Shown here piece by piece: positions 25,248 through 37,300 of a stretch of 64,000 bases of DNA (position 1 is its first letter; the number at the start of each line of letters is the position of its first letter). This DNA is from Podarcis filfolensis (taxonomy: Eukaryota). The notes beneath the pieces were generated by a model. That model did no database searches. It was not told the origin of the DNA and saw nothing but the letters and a program-made list of their open reading frames with translations. The stretch lies in assembly GCA_964270895.1 (NCBI GenBank), contig OZ185440.1; one strand, given 5' to 3'. The position numbers and the translations under genes are program-made.

Positions 25248-26985
25248 GGGGTCCGTGGTTTGGCTTTTGAGAAACAGGAGGTCTGCTCTACTTAGCTAAT
25301 TGCGAACTTTTGACTTAAGAAATCATAGCCTTTGGGTGGAGAACGGGAAATGCGAAGAACAACAGGGAGTTTGGGCCTTTGGTTTGTTACAGAAGGTAAA
25401 CTGTGGAACTGAAACATGAATGTTTGGTTACTTTAAATGTCACATGCCAACCCTAGTTGATGAAGATAGGCAGAGGTCACTTTGTCAAGAATAAGCTATC
25501 ATTCTTAAATCTTTTGTTTCAGTCTAAAGGGAAACCAAAACCCAACTGTGTAGTTTTTGCCTGATCATATGTGGACATAGATATTCAATTTGCCGCCATG
25601 TTTATGGTAAATAAGATGCACGACTACTGTCTACACAGAATTTGACTTTCACATGATTCATCAACTCATTGTAGATGCTAAATTCTCCTTTGATCTCAAC
25701 TCAGGTTAGTGATCAAGGGATGGGGGGAGAAGAGAAATCATTTATATTGTTAGCACACAGAATAGAAGTCCAATAACTAATGCTCAGCACTAGAGTATTG
25801 TTGTGTCTCCAAACCAATTCTGCCTGGTTTTGCTCTGTATTCCCCACCCCTGTGTGTGTATTTGTGTGTGTGTGTGCTGGTCATCCTCTCCATGCCCCCA
25901 CTAAAAATCCATCAAGGTCTAATTTCCAGTTTTTCCTTTCCAGACTTGACATTTGCAATATTCATATTCATAAAAATAAAATCACCCTTTTGCTGGATTG
26001 CTTACCATTCCCCTGTGGTGTTGTGCTCCTCCATGTTTGCTTTGACTACAGAATAACCTGGTTACAGCTCCTTTTTTCATCAGTTGCAACAAGAGAACCT
26101 GAGCTCTATGTTTTGCTCCCCCCCCCCCCCACACACACACCCTGAGAGGTGGCAATTTGGGCCTCTTTTCAATTACTTGCCAGTAGGCCTTAAGTGCCAT
26201 TTGTGAAGTCATTTTTTTTATTATTAAGGAGTGATGAGAGTACTGGAAATCTTACCTAAAGGACAGGCTCTGCTTCTCGCTTTTTTATTATTTCACACAC
26301 AAAAAGAACTGCAAAAAGGAGGCGGAAAAGTAAAACAACAACAACAACAACATACCCCAAACCCTCCCCGTAGCTAACTACATTGTACAAGATACTGAAG
26401 CCTGGCTTGTAAGGGTAACCTGTTCCCTGATCTCTATCAGTTCTTGTATTTATGGCTGCACTCATTGTTCTCCTAATGCATTAGTATTTGCAGCAGTTGT
26501 TTCCCGCAGCGACAAGACTCCCATCTTGCCAACATTATTCCTAGGCTATGTTTTTTGGCACGAAATGAGCTTTTTAGACCAATCTTTCCCTCCCTCCCCC
26601 TTTTTCATCCTTCCCCAATGGCAAAAAGCAACACACTAAAAGGGATTATTTCACCTAATAGCTCCCCGCCTCACAGGGCTGTTGTGAGAATTAATTAATG
26701 TTTGCAAAGTGCTTTTGAGAGCTTGGGTGAGAAAATAAAAATAAAACAGAAGGGCAAAAGCACTGTTATTAGCGCTTTCCCACTTTATTACAAGCCTATC
26801 AATGGAATGAAAAGGCTTCCTCTGCATTTCATACATAACTGGGATGGGTGTCCTGGCTGTTACAAATAAGCATTTTGTAGCTCTTTCATTGAGTAATGGA
26901 GGTTTTTGTTTTATATAGTCTCAGGCTTACAAGGCTTCTGCATACTGTAAAAGGAGCCAGCATTAGTAAAATGACTAACTTAGGC

Positions 26986-27059
26986 TGCAATCCTATGCCT
27001 CTTTACTCCTATTGATCTCAATCAGATTTATTTCAGAGTAGACGGTGTATAGGCTTGCA
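26986..27059. repeat. Short palindromic element (TGCAATCCT...AGGATTGCA family)
   Basis: TGCAATCCTAT / ATAGGCTTGCA inverted ends. Relatives at about 1379, 7165, 24466, 31904 and 38660. Confidence 0.65.
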
Positions 27060-27257
27060 CAGTTAGAAGTTATTTTATTTTTGAGGCACCATTGACAACA
27101 ATAGTTGTTGTTTATTACATTTCTATACCTCCCTTCATCTGGGGATCACAAGCTGGTTTACAATGTAAAAACACAAAAAAATAGTAACAAACAAAAGCAA
27201 TACCCTTGCCACAGTTTAAAAGGCCATGGGTTGTTTAATTAGCCAAAGGCCCAGGAA

Positions 27258-27610
27258 AATAATAATAATAATAATTTATTACTTACACCCCGCCCAACTG
27301 GCTGGGTTTCCCCAGCCACTCTGGGTGGCTTCCAGTAAGAGATTAAAAATACATTAAAACATCAGTCATTAAAAACTTCCCTAAACAGGGCTGTCTTCAG
27401 ATGTCTTCTAAACATCAAATAGTTGTTTTTCTCTTTGACATCTGATAGGAGGGCGTTCCACAGAGCGGGCGCCACTGCCGAAAAGGCCCTCTGCCTAGTT
27501 TCCTGTAACCTCACTTCTCGCAATGAGGGAACCGCCAGAAGGCCCTCAGTGCTGGACCTCAGTGTCTGGGCAGAACGATGGGGGTGGAGACGCTCCTTCA
27601 GGTATACTGG
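27258..27610 (-). mobile_element. Young L2-type LINE 3' fragment
   Basis: (AAT)n tail at 27258, then CCCGCCCAACTGGCTGGGTTTCCCCAGCCACTCTGGG and GGAGGGCGTTCCACAGAGCGGGCGCCACTGCCGAAAAGGCCC. CpGs are retained. Confidence 0.8.
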
Positions 27611-30365
27611 GTGGAGAAGCAGGATATTGTGTAACAGTGTGCTTCAAAATAATGAATGGCATCCAACTAGCTCATAGTGAGAGTTGGTTAAGGTCATGAT
27701 TTCAAAAGATCTACTTGGACTATGACTTAGATGCCATCCAATAACACCTCTTCAATAATATTCCAGCAATTCATAGGGCAAAAATTAGACAAGCAAAATA
27801 TTCTGCAGAAATGTGACAAATCCTAACATACTAAAGCAGCATTAATAATCGATGCAGTAATAGGAGTTTCTAAACATCTAAGAAGCTCCCTCACACCCAG
27901 GCTGTCTCCTCTGTAGGAACATGTTTCTTTATACCATTATGTGCCTCTTCATATGACAAAACAATACAGATGTTCGCCTTCAGATTTGGTTCTGCCACCA
28001 AAATAATCCCTCTGCAATTTACAGAAATGCAAATAATTGGTTCCTGCCACATAGGAACATAGCTGCCACCAGCACCAGAGAAAGAAGCAAAAACTAAGTT
28101 GGATTGCTTTGAAAGCTCATTTAAAAAAGAGAAACTAGGTGTAGGTCAAATTCATCCTGTCCAAAGGAACCTGTACCAATTCCAGACAAGCCTTCTACAA
28201 ACAAACTAGTTCATCTTAAGTTCATACTCAGGAAAATAGCCTGCCTCAGTTATTTCAGGGTTCTCGCCTTGAGATTAAAGCTACACTTTGAAAATGATGA
28301 TTATTATAATTTTAATATTTGCACTCCACCCATCTGACTGGGTTGCCCTAGCCACTCTGGTGAATGAATGAATGAGTAAATTTAACAAATTTTAGATGAA
28401 TAATCACAAGAAAGTAAAAATCTTTGAATTCATATCTGACTTCAAATATGCCTGCAGTTTGAGACACCTGAGGAAACCGACCAGCTATAGTCAATCATTA
28501 GCAAAATGGGGGAGTGAATGTAGTATTATTTGAAGATATAAAATTTCCAATGCTCTTGCACTGTTTTTAATTTCTGCTACTCCTTCAGTATGAGGCATGC
28601 CATCAAGATAAGTTAAACAAACAACCTCTGGCTACAGATTAAGTCAAATATCAAAATCATTGAAGCTGACCATGAAAGCTCCCTCATGCTGAACATTTGG
28701 GGGTTATCAGGATCAAAAAGCCACTGCAATATTTATCGAAAACATAGCCCACCGTGGTTCAGACTTCATTAACTTCGTATGTATTTGAATAACTCAACAG
28801 AGCTCATGCAATCTGATTCTCTGCAGACTGCCTCCCTCCTTTGACTTAGGGAAAAAACACCATTTATCCTCTTGGAGAGATATGTATCAGTTTGTAAATG
28901 TTGTGAAAGGGAAAAAATAATATGAGGCTCACACATGTGATTGGCTTTTCTGAATGCAATAAGCTCAACAGGGACACATTATGCTTTGTACATGAAGAGT
29001 CAAGAATGAACTTGTCATTTCAGCAGTACAGGTAAAACTTATTTCACATATAATAGTGCATCCTACTGAGTTCCGGTTGATACATTTTTTTAGCTTGATA
29101 AAACAATATTAAAAGAAAAAGAATAAAAATGAAAGAATAGGATATTATTTATTTAAAAGCACTTTTAAACCACTTAAAATTTAAAAAGTCTTTAAGTCCT
29201 GTATATGTATACGTGTGTGTGTGTATGTGTGTAAAAAAAACCATAAGCCTATAAAACAGCAATATAAAAGTATATAGAACAGATAAAACAATGATTATAA
29301 GATTCGAACATATATAGCAGGGTCAGATCTTATGGGCTAAGGAAAGGCTGGGGAAAGAGGTAAGTCTTGTCTAAAGCAACTGCTGCAGAAAAGGACATTC
29401 TGGGGGAAATATATGGAGGAAAGGGCATTCTGCAATACAGGGTTTCTTATTTTTTTTAGAAAAAGCTTTATATTTATATATTTATTTTAAAAGTAGAGTG
29501 GCAAAAATAGCTCTGTTAACCTGGAGATCCACTTTATTTACCCAAATCTGCTTAACACAGTGCTTACAAGAGAAAAGGAAAAGCCTAGAGCTAATCCGAG
29601 AACCTATGACTGTGCTCACACAGGAAAGGGTGATGACACACAAACAAAGTCTAGCTGACCATATATAAAAGAGAGATGTGAGTCTTTATAGGAGTCAGGT
29701 GCTACAACTTACCTCAGATTTGGGATGCTGTGTTGCTTCTCAAAAATGCTGTTAGTATTGGAGTGTTTTGTACCTCAGCAGCCCTCTGGTGCCAGCGTGC
29801 GACAGAACAGGAAGATGTAGCCGTGCTCAGAACGTTCCTTTCCTACCAACATGGAGGTCACCAAACCATAGTTCTGACTGCTTCACACCCCTTATGTCTT
29901 CCACTGCAACTTACTATTCAGGCTGTTTACATGACAAGTGTTACTAAGACAGGGTACCACCATTTACAAACAGGTTGGGAAGTGCCCTAGCACTGTCCCA
30001 GTGAAATCTTCTGCTATGCAGGATCATTAGCCCTGCAGGCTGAACCATCCCAGGGACTTTAGACCTCTCACCTGTTGTACTGTTGGCCTTCTCCTTGCTT
30101 CCCACCTTGTCCATGGTCACCCTTGGGGAAAAAACGCCAAGTTGTCTACCGTCTCATTTCAGCCAACTAACATAACATAGCCTCTCACTTGCACACATAC
30201 TTCTAAGCTTCTTTTGATAAGCCTTAATTGTCATTTCTATTGACAAAAGTTTGGTTGGATACCATTCAAAACGAAAGCTGCTTGGTGACAATACAATCCC
30301 TAAGTTGTTGGCTGATGCTGCTGTCTTTATAAAAGGGTGCAGAAAGACATATATAGAAGAGATTA

Positions 30366-30596
30366 CAGTGGTACCTCAGGTTAAGTACTTAATTCGTTCC
30401 AGAGGGCTGTTCTTAACCTGAAACTGTTCTTAACCTGAAACACTACTTTAGCTAATGGGGTCTCCCACCGCCGGAGCACGATTTCTGTTCTTATCCTGAA
30501 GCAAAGTTCTTAACCTGTAGCACTATTTCTGGGTTAGTGGAGTCTGTAACCTGAAGCATATGTAACCTGAAGCGTATGTAACCAGAGGTACCACTG
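30366..30596 (+). mobile_element. Tc1/mariner-type MITE, copy 2
   Basis: CAGTGGTACCTC...GAGGTACCACTG with TA at 30364-30365 and 30597-30598. Confidence 0.93.
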
Positions 30597-30646
30597 TACA
30601 TATAAATGTACATTGGCAAAGCCTCTCCTCTTCAACGAGGGGAGGG

Positions 30647-31440
30647 ATTGTGAGTGGGAATCACTTCCCATGCTTGCAGGAGGGGTGTGGCTGGGCCCCC
30701 TGCATCATGGAGTCCTGGGCCCACGTCATGTCCCCCAGCCAGCTATTCTGGCTGGCTGGGGGGGACATGGTTTAGCTGCATTTAAACAGCCGCCAGCCCA
30801 CGAGCTCCTCCTGTTTTCTCCCGCTTCCTCGGATGGATCTCCCTCCCTCCCTCCCTCCCTCCCTCCCTCCCTCCCTCCCTCTAGGTCTTGAATTCCACAC
30901 CTGACCTTGCTATGGATCTTGGTTGATTGCCTTGGTTGTCCTAGGGGCCTGGTAGGAATTTTTTCCACTTGGCACATTGGCAGCAGTCGCTTGGTTTTTC
31001 GCCTACTTCGTAGCAAATCGTCACAACTTTGTAAGGTTTGGCGGTTAGGTTAGGCATTGGAAAATGTGTTGTGTGTTGGAGGGGAGGTTGTGGCCATCAC
31101 CTACTCCTCCCCTTGAAGGGTATTCCGTTAAAGGAATCTGGCGGTCGTGGTTCCTGTCCGATGTCCAGGTGCTGGCTAGGGCCATGTCACGACCCTCCGG
31201 TGAAAGCTTCCAGGTGATTTGCATCTACAAGCTCCCCCTACAGGTTGTTAACCCTTGTGTGACTCCCTGCAGATCAGGCAGGAGTCAAGTATAGTCGGTT
31301 TGGATCCAATGCCTAAGCCAATACCACTCACATTCTGTAACCAATAAAGTTGTGGCCTTTTTTTAGCCCCTTAACCTAAATTGCTTGTGTCCATGTGTCT
31401 TATTTCATCACAAGCGGGGAGCGGGGCCTCAATTTACAAC
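30647..31440 (+). mobile_element. Solo LTR-like element, copy A
   Basis: Shares diagnostic blocks with copies B-E (GGTAGGAATTTT, CACAACTTTGTAAGG, GGTTAGGCATTGG, CCAATGCCTAAGCC, AATAAAGTTGTGGCC). TATA-like TTTAAA at 30781, ends TACAAC(A), no internal retroelement ORF adjacent. 5' boundary approximate. Confidence 0.75.
30841..30880. repeat. (CCCT)n microsatellite inside LTR-like copy A
   Basis: Direct reading. Confidence 0.95.
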
Positions 31441-31903
31441 AGGCAATCCATTGTCAAGCATGAGATGTTCACTGTGTTATACAAAAGATCAACGCTATTA
31501 GACTGCTGTGTTTGATCCAAAGCGATATGTTCTAGTTACAAACAATACTAAGAAAGGAGATGGAAAGCAATTTATATACATAAGTAAGGAGAGTTACACT
31601 CCAATAGTAGTTATGTAGTTATTTGTCATTCAAGGGTGCAATGTCACTGCAGAGTTGGGGTAATTTCCAAAATGAACCTTGCTGGTTTTTTCAAAATGGT
31701 ATTAAAACTGCTGTTATAATTGCACAATGCAAAGATATTATATAGAAATATAGGGATGTGTGTTTATAATGTCACATGACCTGCACAGGCATGATAGTAC
31801 ATTATGTAGGGATCGACTCTGCCATCTCACCAATATATACAATACCATCTTCCTTACCTTTCTCCCTTGACCTACTATGGATAACTCTCAAAGACATGAA
31901 CAG

Positions 31904-31980
31904 TGCAATCCTACGCTCAGAAATAAAGCCCACTGAGTTCAATGAAACTCACTCCCAGATAAGTAGGTAAGAGGATTGCA
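31904..31980. repeat. Short palindromic element (TGCAATCCT...AGGATTGCA family)
   Basis: Perfect 9-bp inverted ends 31904-31912 / 31972-31980 around CCCACTGAGTTCAATG. Confidence 0.7.
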
Positions 31981-32663
31981 GCCTTAGAAGTGTATTCTCC
32001 AGTGATGGCACAGTAGCTATTACATTTTTCCTTTTCCTTTCCCCTCACAAAATGGCTGAGTGGACTACGCTTGAAAATCTGTTGTGACATGGATAATAAT
32101 AGCAACAAAGAACTGCAAGAAATACAGTCTCCTCATCTGAGACAAACGTATCATTCACTCACAATGAAGGGGTGGGTTTGCTGGGGGCTGTGATTTATTT
32201 AGCTCTACCTATAAATTAAAACCAATAAAATGCAAGTAACCCAGAAATAATCAGTTAGATACTTCCTTCTTAAATACAGAGCCGCTCTTCTATCATGATG
32301 ATGTCCTCAAGGTATTCACTAAGCACACAATGATGATTTGATTGATTTCAGAAGTTGATGCATATTTCTAATAACTGTTCCATGTTTATCAAGCAAAAAG
32401 TATGCCAAAAGTATACAAAAATAAGCATTATTTTCCATCCTATCGTAGGTTTCGTTTCATTTTGAAAAACAAAAAAAATATGGTTTATTATTGTTTATAT
32501 TTTGAATTAGATACATATGGGGGCACCAACATCTCTTAAGTGCTTAGGGCCTCTAAAGGTCTTAATCCAGCCATGTTTCTGTGTGATTTTCATTCTGTAA
32601 AACTCAGCCGGGAGTCCTCAGTGAAAAGCAGAGTAAAGTGAAGAAAGGCATAAATATTGAAAG

Positions 32664-32665
<2 letters not shown>

Positions 32666-32715
<50 letters not shown>

Positions 32716-32742
32716 GGAGAGAGGGAGAGAGAGAGAGAGAGA
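32666..32742. repeat. Compound (AC)n(AG)n microsatellite
   Basis: Direct reading. Confidence 0.97.
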
Positions 32743-34659
32743 ATGAATATATATCCACCAAACTATTCTGGACATCAGACTTTATTCAAGTTTTGAAATC
32801 AAGTTCAAGCTTCTCGTCTATCCCTGACGGAGGCCTCAGGGACCACAGTCCCTGAAACCATTTTACAAACCAACTTTAAAACCACCTGTGGTAATAAGGA
32901 GGCGGGCGAAGCACAGGTGGCACATTATCTGAGCTTTCCCCCTATCTGCCTTCCACCATATCCTGTCCTTATTTAATAGGTTTCTGGGAAGCTTTAGGCT
33001 CTTCTGCAGGAGAAGTGAGGGAAGCTGCATGAAATGAAGAACATGAAAAGCACGCGACACAGCAAAACGGCCATCTGCTCGGCTTTGGAATGGGAGCATT
33101 GCAGAGCTCATCTGTGCATTAGTACTGCCATTTAATGCAGTTCCTAACAACAACCCCCAAAATAAGTTAATAAAATTCATAGCTGCAGCTTACTCACATA
33201 ATGTTCTGCTGGAAAAAACCAAGCTTTCCCCCGCTCTGTGGGGCTGTGTGTGGAATAGTAATGCACATTGCAAAGCAAGTGGAAAGGTTTCAAGGATATA
33301 TCACTGCAAACAGAGGATCGGTTACTGTAGGTCAGCTGGAAGATAGCAAAATTGCCATCAACAAACCACCTATCTTTGTGAAACATGCCATAACAGAAGG
33401 CATCCCTAGGCCTTTAGACCTAAGCCCATTATGCTTAACAGCTATGAAATAAATAGTGTTGTTGTCCTATTATTTATAGCACCATGTTGATCATCAGTGT
33501 TCCATAGATAAGAATATTAATGTAAAAACCTCAATAAGGATTTTGGTATTGAAGACTGATGGATGCTTGCATTTATGTTATATGTTGCAACAGAGTCTGG
33601 CACTACTATTCTTGATCGTGTCACGGTTGCCAAAATCTTTGTCTCTCCTTTCCTTTTGTGTAATTAATACAACTGCTGCATTTATGCTAAAGTTAGTACA
33701 GGGCATACTGTGAGCACTGTAGTAAGGTTAATTACTTGCATGTAGAAAATGAAGGTGCTAATGGCAGCCACTGTGGTATGAATAGACCAATTTAGCAATC
33801 CACCTTACAGATGATGGAATGGTAGTAATCATTTTCAGTCTGTCAGTCATATATCCTTTTCTCTAGTCCAGTAATAGCGGCAGTGCCTTTCAAATGCAAT
33901 ATTTACTAGCAGATGGGTCATTTCAGCTTCATTTACATTATTTAATTAAAATGAACAACAAACATTGTCAGTATAAGAGCTGATTCCTCTTCCCCCCCCT
34001 CTTCAATTGAAAGCAAGTGCAGCTATGAGTTTCCTAAAGGGGAAATTGTACGGGGGGGGGGGGTGGTTCTTGCTGATGCAAACATCCAGGAGCTACAGAC
34101 AAGCTGTTTGGACAGAGTTAACCACAATGAAACATCACAGTAATTGTGCCTTAAATCCATTGAAAGCAATAGGCTTAAAGGATCTTAATTCTGCATTGGA
34201 TTGTGGCCTTGGCTTATGGGGCGCGGTGAATATCATCAGCTTTAGCAAACAGGTGGCGATTTACAGCTTGTTTGGATGCTGTAAATGTTCAAAGGGCGGC
34301 TTTCCCAATAAGCTCTTGGGTACCTATTAACAATCTTGCTGTGATATTGTGGATAGAATAATGATTGAACTAAGGGAAATCTGGGTGCCAAATCAGTACT
34401 TTAGAATGAAGTTCATTAGCTGATCTGGCCATCTCTCACAACCTCTCTGCCTGACATGCCCTTCTTCATATTTTGCCTTCTGGGAATAATAGTAACAAAG
34501 AATTGTAAATTGTTTTAGCCGAGGTCTGCCTTAGGTTATTAAAACAGTAAAAATGTTTGCAAATGAACATAAAGCTTAATAAAATTAATTCAAGTGGATT
34601 TGGCTCATGTGAGAACTCACTGGAAAATGAAACAATACAGAGTGCCCTTTCCTCATGTA

Positions 34660-34837
34660 CCGTGAGATCTTTCTTGTGCTGTCCTACCTAGCAGTCCACA
34701 AATGGTCTAAATAAAAAAAGACAACTTAGACCGGGTGACACTGAGAGGTCTGTGCTACATCCCAAGAGTCTGAGATCCTTCAATATCTTCTGGTTTTTGT
34801 AGCTACTGGGTAGGACAACGCAAGAAAGATCTCAAGG
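34660..34837. mobile_element. Unassigned TA-flanked fold-back MITE
   Basis: Inverted arms 34653-34694 / 34803-34844 match at 37/42 positions. TA at 34658-34659 and 34838-34839. Confidence 0.7.
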
Positions 34838-36414
34838 TACATGACTGGCTCTGTTTCCCCAAATCCCTTGCATGTTCCCGCTTGAAACCAGATAGTTGAT
34901 GGGAAACAACATTTTTTTCAAGGTGATGACACTTATTTAATGTGATTTTATTGCATTTTTGATACTTTTTTGGGGAGGGAAGCATTTATGCCATTTTCTC
35001 TCTCTCTCTTTCTTAGAAAAATTCAAGAACCACTTTGTGGCTTAGTCATAGTTTTTAAATACATCAAAACATATATATAAATTCTGTCAGCTATGCAGAT
35101 GAGTTTCTAAAATACATTAATATTCTTGGCATTTCTCAGTAACTGATGTGGCTAATATAGTTATTTTCATCTCTGTCTAGATGGCAGCTTTTCCCTTTGG
35201 AAACAGACTTTGCCACAGTAAACCACACATCATTGCCAGACAAGTTTGAATTAACAGCTATTCTAGGAAGACAAATGGTGAGGACTTCTACTCGATTTTA
35301 TTTGTGTGTGTAGATAGTACTAACTAAACATGGAAAGTAGTCTGCTGTTCATGTGCTTGATACATACAATGGTGGTAGTTTTGAAATAAGAAGTTATGAA
35401 ACTGTAGACAAACAACAGGCAGCAGGCAATATTATACCTCTACCACACACTTCATCTGTATGATTAACACCTAACACTCAGAAGCTGTCAGGAGCTGATG
35501 GATTTGTTATTCAGCTCCTCCATGTGGTGATCCACCAAACTGTAGCTGGCAATTTCTTAATGAAATGCCTTCAGGGCGTTGAGTGGCTCCACACACTCAG
35601 ACCCTCCTGGGCAGGCTTCCTATTCCAGTTAAGCTTTGCATGAGCAACATGGTCTCCCTAAGCAAAGTCAGCCCCACAATGAGGCAGAGGGAGACAGCTG
35701 CCTCAGGTGGCTGCTGAGGTGGAGGAAGTGACCAGAGCTATGAGTGCCATGTGGCCTGCCCTATAACCCCCTCACTAGCCTGCTGCCCTCAGTTGCAGTG
35801 GAAGACACTGTCCTTACACCACTACTGGAGTAACATTCCAGTCCAATTGGCTTCTGAATGTGCTTTGGGGAAGGGCACCATCTTGTCCTTTGCCTCAGGC
35901 AACAAAGTGTCTTGAGAACAGCCCTGTCCCTGAGCTGTGGTGTGTTCCTACATCTTGGTTATTTCCCGGTCCTGAATTTTAGATTATTCTTTGACCATGT
36001 TTGTGGTCTATCCTTTTGTCCTGACTTGCAATTTGGTTCTTACTCCTGGCATGTTCCATGGCTTCTGTTTCCTGGCTTACCTAAAGACTGCTGTCCATGA
36101 CTCAGCCCCATCTATGATAGCCATGATTTGTTGCCTTAGCTCTGGGCTCGGGTTACAAAAGTGCAGCGTGCTAAACACCCATCCCAGAATGGTGAGTAGA
36201 GGGAGAGGCCAACAAGACCTGCCTGTCACCTTGCTAGTGGAGCAGTTGGAGAAGTGGTAGAATGGCCGTAGCTATGCTTGGTTGGGTCCAAGTGGGATGC
36301 TTAATAACCATGGTTTGCATTTGAACCATGGCTGGTAGACAATCCTGAAACATAATTTAAATATGCAGATATAATAGCCATTTCCACATATTCCAGAAGA
36401 GTGAAATTAATATT

Positions 36415-37300
36415 TGTTGTGGTGGTGGAGCAGAATTGTGTCTGATAAAGGTATGTTGATTAAAACATGTAGAGCCCCTACGCAGATAAAGCGTGTTCTC
36501 CCTTATGGAGAGCACGTGTTGTGGTGGGGGCTGACAAGACACCTCACTGTTGCTGGGCAAAAGAGTTTGGCCATCTTTAAGCAGGGGCGGGCTGTTACTG
36601 GGGAGATTTATATGTTGCCATTTATTGATTGACAGCCCTGTTTGTTAAATACACTGCACGCAGTGACAAGCTTTCTCTTTCGCTGCATGCTTCGGATCAC
36701 CCACCCTCCCTCCCTAATGTTAGGCTGTTTGCTTGACCTTGCTATGCCTGTCATGGGGTCGTCTGCTTTGGGGCAGGGGCCTGGTAGGAATTTTGTCCAT
36801 TTGGCTGATTGGCTGGTGCCATTTGGTTTTTGCCTACTGCGTAGCAAATCGACACAACTTGTAAGGTTGCGGTTAGGCATTGGTTTGGGAATTGGTTGGT
36901 GGAGGAGTATGGATTTGGCTGTGCCTGTCCCTCCAAAATGCTGCTGCTGCAAGGGTTTTCTGTTAAAGGAACCCAGGGGCTCACCATGCTTTTGTCCGAA
37001 CCCCCTGGCAAGGGGCTAGGGCCACGCAAGAGCCCCTGGGAGCATTCTGGGGAGAGGTGAGGTATGGTTCCCAGTCCCGTCTCTCTCCCCAGGTGACTTA
37101 CCCTTTCTGACTTCGCGGGGGGTGCGAATGTCAGAGCTGTCACCGTCCGGGGTCAGTTAGTTGCTACCAAAGCCTAAGCAACCACTCACATTGCTGTATT
37201 TTTAATAAAGTTGTGGCCAAAATTATGCCAAAAACCTTAAACAAAAATCAAGTGTCATTGTGTTTTTATTTGGGGTGTCTTGGGGACCTCGACACGCAAC
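36415..37300 (+). mobile_element. Solo LTR-like element, copy B (core start 36517; TSD-supported start 36415)
   Basis: TGTTG...CAAC termini, TATT at 36411-36414 and 37301-37304, TATA-like TTAAATA at 36645, AATAAA at 37204-37209, family blocks present. Confidence 0.8.
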
